This document shows positions 62,041 through 64,000 of a DNA stretch of 64,000 nucleotides, in pieces. The position numbers and the translations under genes were made by a program. Location of the stretch: the NCBI GenBank assembly GCA_038319665.1, contig JBBQDL010000005.1:6223-70222 (forward strand), written 5' to 3'. Numbering within the stretch: the first letter of the stretch is position 1; every line of letters starts with the position of its first letter. This DNA comes from Candidatus Limnocylindrales bacterium. GTDB lineage: Bacteria; Chloroflexota; Limnocylindria; Limnocylindrales; CSP1-4. The notes beneath the pieces are model-generated. The model was not told where the DNA came from and did no database searches. It worked only from the letters and a program-made list of their open reading frames with translations.

Positions 62041-62595
62041 TCAGTCCCGGCGAGCGGCCGATATTCGGCCCCGGGAAAACGGCCCCCGAATGGCCCGCAT
62101 CAGCCCGCCCGCCACCAGACCGACGACGAGCCCGATCGCGAGCCCGAGAAGATTGTCGATCACATCGCCGCTCTCACACGCCCGGTCGAGCTGGGTGACG
62201 ACGAGCTGGGTCCCCTCGACAACGAACGGCAAGGCGGCGGCGATCACGATCAGCTCGAGTTGGTGGGACCGGCGCGGCAGGAACCCGACCGCGAGGCCCA
62301 GCGGAACGAACAGCAGGACGTTGAGGCCGATGTCGCCGAAGGCCAGGACTTCGTCGACCGGTGGGAGGGTGACTCGGCTCAAGTCGCACGTTCCGGTGCC
62401 GACCGCGCCATCGGTGATCGCCTGGAGACTCGGCGTCAGTGTCGCCCCGATGACGAGGCCGAAGCCGAACAGGAGCAGCCAGGCGTTGAGGCTGGCCATC
62501 CCGAGAGCGCGAGAGAATGGGACGCACAAGGCGAATCCCAAGACCAGGGACATGGCGATGCCCGGGACCAGGCCGGGATAGTCGCCGAGATCCAC
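62041..62595 (-). CDS. VanZ-like family membrane protein
   Basis: GDIGLNVLLFVPLGLAVGFL and SGDVIDNLLGLAIGLVVG are the two VanZ signature segments. The start is uncertain (GTG 62595 or ATG 62553). The upstream part of the track ORF is antisense junk. Confidence 0.65.
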   Translation of the reverse strand: MDLGDYPGLVPGIAMSLVLGFALCVPFSRALGMASLNAWLLLFGFGLVIGATLTPSLQAITDGAVGTGTCDLSRVTLPPVDEVLAFGDIGLNVLLFVPLGLAVGFLPRRSHQLELIVIAAALPFVVEGTQLVVTQLDRACESGDVIDNLLGLAIGLVVGLVAGGLMRAIRGPFSRGRISAARRD

Positions 62596-62639
62596 GAACC
62601 CTCCGAGTATTTGCCACGCCGCCCCAAACCAGGACGAGG

Positions 62640-63830
62640 TTAGCGGCGCGCCGCCCCCAGCACGCGGGCGAGTCCGTCCACCACCCGATCGACGTCGTCC
62701 GCCATCATGCCCGGCCAGATCGGCAGGGAGACGACCCGCTCGTACTCGCGCGTGGCGACCGGGAAGTCGCCGGGCAGATAGCCCCAGCGGTCCCTGTAGT
62801 AGGGGTGGAGGTGCAGCGGGATGAAATGGACGCTGGTCCCAACCCCGAGCTCCTTGAGCCCCTCGATGACCTGGCCTCGGTCGATGCGCAACCGGTCCGT
62901 CGCCAGACGGATCACGTAGAGGTGCCACGCGTGTGAACCATCGGTCGCGCCGGCCGGCAGCTCGATCAGATCGGCCACTGAGCTGCCGCGGAGACCCCTT
63001 CCATATCGTTCAGCCAGCTCGGACCGCGCAACGAGCAGCTCCTCCGCACGCTCGAGCTGGACTGCCCCGAGCGCGGCGGCCAGGTCGGTCATGTTGTACT
63101 TGTAGCCGACGTCCTCGATCTCGTAGTACCACGAGCCGCTCGCGGTATAGCGGTTCCAGGCTGTGCGGCTGATCCCGTGGAGCGACATCAGACGGGCCCG
63201 ATCTGCAACCGCCTCGTCATCGGTGACGAGCATCCCGCCTTCCCCCGTGGTGATCGTCTTGGTCGCATAGAACGAGTAGACCCCGGCGCGTCCGAGGGTG
63301 CCCGCGTACCGGCCGGTCGGGCCTCCGATCCGAGTGGGAAACGTATGGGCGGCATCCTCGACGACCGCGATCCCCATCGGATCGAGCAGCGCGATCAGCG
63401 CATCGAGCTCGACCGGAAGACCGGCCATGTGGACCACCATCACGGCCCGGGTCCGGGGCGTGATCGCCGCCATGACCGCGTCCGGCGTTAGGTTGAGCGT
63501 CCGTGCGTCGACGTCGATCAGGACCGGTCGAGCCCCGAAGTAGGCGACTACCTCCGCGCTGGCTGCGAAAGTCCAAGTCGGCACGATGACCTCGTCATCG
63601 CGATGGATCCCGATGGCCTCGAGCGCGAGGTGGAGGCCCGCGGTGGCCGAATTGAGCGCGATCGCGTGGCTCGTTCCGACCTTGGCCGCGAAGCTCGCCT
63701 CGAAGTCCCTGGTCCGCTGACCGGTCGTCAGCCAGCCCGAGTCGAGGACGTCCATCACCGCTCGCTTCTCAAGCTCCGTGATCGACGGACGTGCGAATGG
63801 CAGGAAGGGCAGCTCGGATGATCGTGTCAT
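62640..63830 (-). CDS. DegT/DnrJ/EryC1/StrS-family PLP-dependent sugar aminotransferase (PglE/WecE/ArnB-like)
   Basis: LPFARPSITELEKRAVMDVLDSGWLTTG...HAIALNSATAGLHLAL...YSFYATKTITTGEGGM contains the PLP-Lys motif, followed by ...YKYNMTDLAAALG. Confidence 0.9.
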   Translation of the reverse strand: MTRSSELPFLPFARPSITELEKRAVMDVLDSGWLTTGQRTRDFEASFAAKVGTSHAIALNSATAGLHLALEAIGIHRDDEVIVPTWTFAASAEVVAYFGARPVLIDVDARTLNLTPDAVMAAITPRTRAVMVVHMAGLPVELDALIALLDPMGIAVVEDAAHTFPTRIGGPTGRYAGTLGRAGVYSFYATKTITTGEGGMLVTDDEAVADRARLMSLHGISRTAWNRYTASGSWYYEIEDVGYKYNMTDLAAALGAVQLERAEELLVARSELAERYGRGLRGSSVADLIELPAGATDGSHAWHLYVIRLATDRLRIDRGQVIEGLKELGVGTSVHFIPLHLHPYYRDRWGYLPGDFPVATREYERVVSLPIWPGMMADDVDRVVDGLARVLGAARR

Positions 63831-64000
63831 CGCATGGAAGCCTCGCGCAGGATCCCGGCCAGTCGATCGAGGATCGCGACTCGATCGTAGTCGGTGACGA
63901 CGGTCGCACGGGCCGCGGCGCCCTTCCGGACACGCTCCGGATCACGCGAGCAGGCCTCGATCGCCCGAGCCAGACCGGCGGCATCCTCGGCTCTCGCCAG
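63827..64000 (-). CDS. C-terminal end of a probable GT4/GT1-type glycosyltransferase; 5' end lies outside the window
   Basis: The minus-strand translation ...LARAEDAAGLARAIEACSRDPERVRKGAAARATVVTDYDRVAILDRLAGILREASMR* resembles the usual GT4 C-terminal tail. Its stop overlaps the downstream ATG (ATGA). Confidence 0.45.
   Translation of the reverse strand: MARAEDAAGLARAIEACSRDPERVRKGAAARATVVTDYDRVAILDRLAGILREASMR

Noticed and set aside
1-64000. CRISPR arrays, rRNA genes, IS elements, prophage genes, toxin-antitoxin pairs, and classic defence genes (restriction-modification, CBASS, retrons).
   Set aside because: By eye I found no spaced direct-repeat arrays, no rRNA-like conserved tracts, and no transposase, integrase, capsid or terminase-like translations in any frame. 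Only short tandem repeats were seen (30990-31019 and 36525-36554).

Overview
This is a very GC-rich window with strong third-codon-position GC bias and dense coding on both strands. I support about 62 protein-coding genes and one tRNA-Gly(CCC). I saw no rRNA, CRISPR array, transposase, integrase or phage genes. The gene content (polyphosphate glucokinase, LCP ligase, DUF2029/GT87-like membrane glycosyltransferases, a DinB/MDMPI-like protein, many 4-nt start/stop overlaps) fits a high-GC Gram-positive chromosome, Actinomycetota-like, though taxonomy cannot be proven from the sequence alone.

Main blocks, in order:
- 1-8 kb: housekeeping and envelope genes (ppgK, two GT87-like paralogs, tatA fused in operon to an LCP protein).
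- 8.3-17.1 kb: a minus-strand operon of acyl-CoA synthetase, a 693-aa unknown protein, a BBE-type FAD oxidase, and a zinc-ribbon/class III cyclase/STAND-ATPase/TPR protein.
- 17-23 kb: secreted, redox and membrane proteins, including a DoxX-Rieske fusion.
- 23.9-28.2 kb: MarR plus a heterodimeric ABC exporter.
- 28.5-33 kb: pgm, DUF1684, csp, and a non-pyrrolysine MttB-family gene.
- 33.1-39 kb: a MacAB-like efflux system, a Gly-rich beta-rich protein, and an OmpR/HK pair.
- 39.2-44.1 kb (convergent with the previous block): a ferric-reductase-like protein, a beta-rich protein, an HtrA-like protease, an FMN_bind protein and ApbE. This is a flavinylation-type extracytoplasmic redox module.
- 44.2-45.2 kb: a nitronate monooxygenase gene interrupted by an in-frame TGA at a conserved Gly.
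- 45.3-47.9 kb: a cytosolic BNR propeller plus a GG-terminated MoaD/ThiS-like protein.
- 47.9-52 kb: an orphan KamD-like protein, a MoaD-MoaE fusion, and an O-methyltransferase.
- 52.7-64 kb: a cell-surface glycan cluster with a complete WbpA/B/E/D/I-like set plus PglF/PglE/PglC-like genes.

The most unusual items are the flavinylation operon with an embedded protease and beta-rich protein, the cyclase-STAND-TPR protein translationally coupled to an oxidase, the propeller/ubiquitin-like pair, and the interrupted NMO gene. All functional calls rest on motifs I recognise in the translations. No database search was run.
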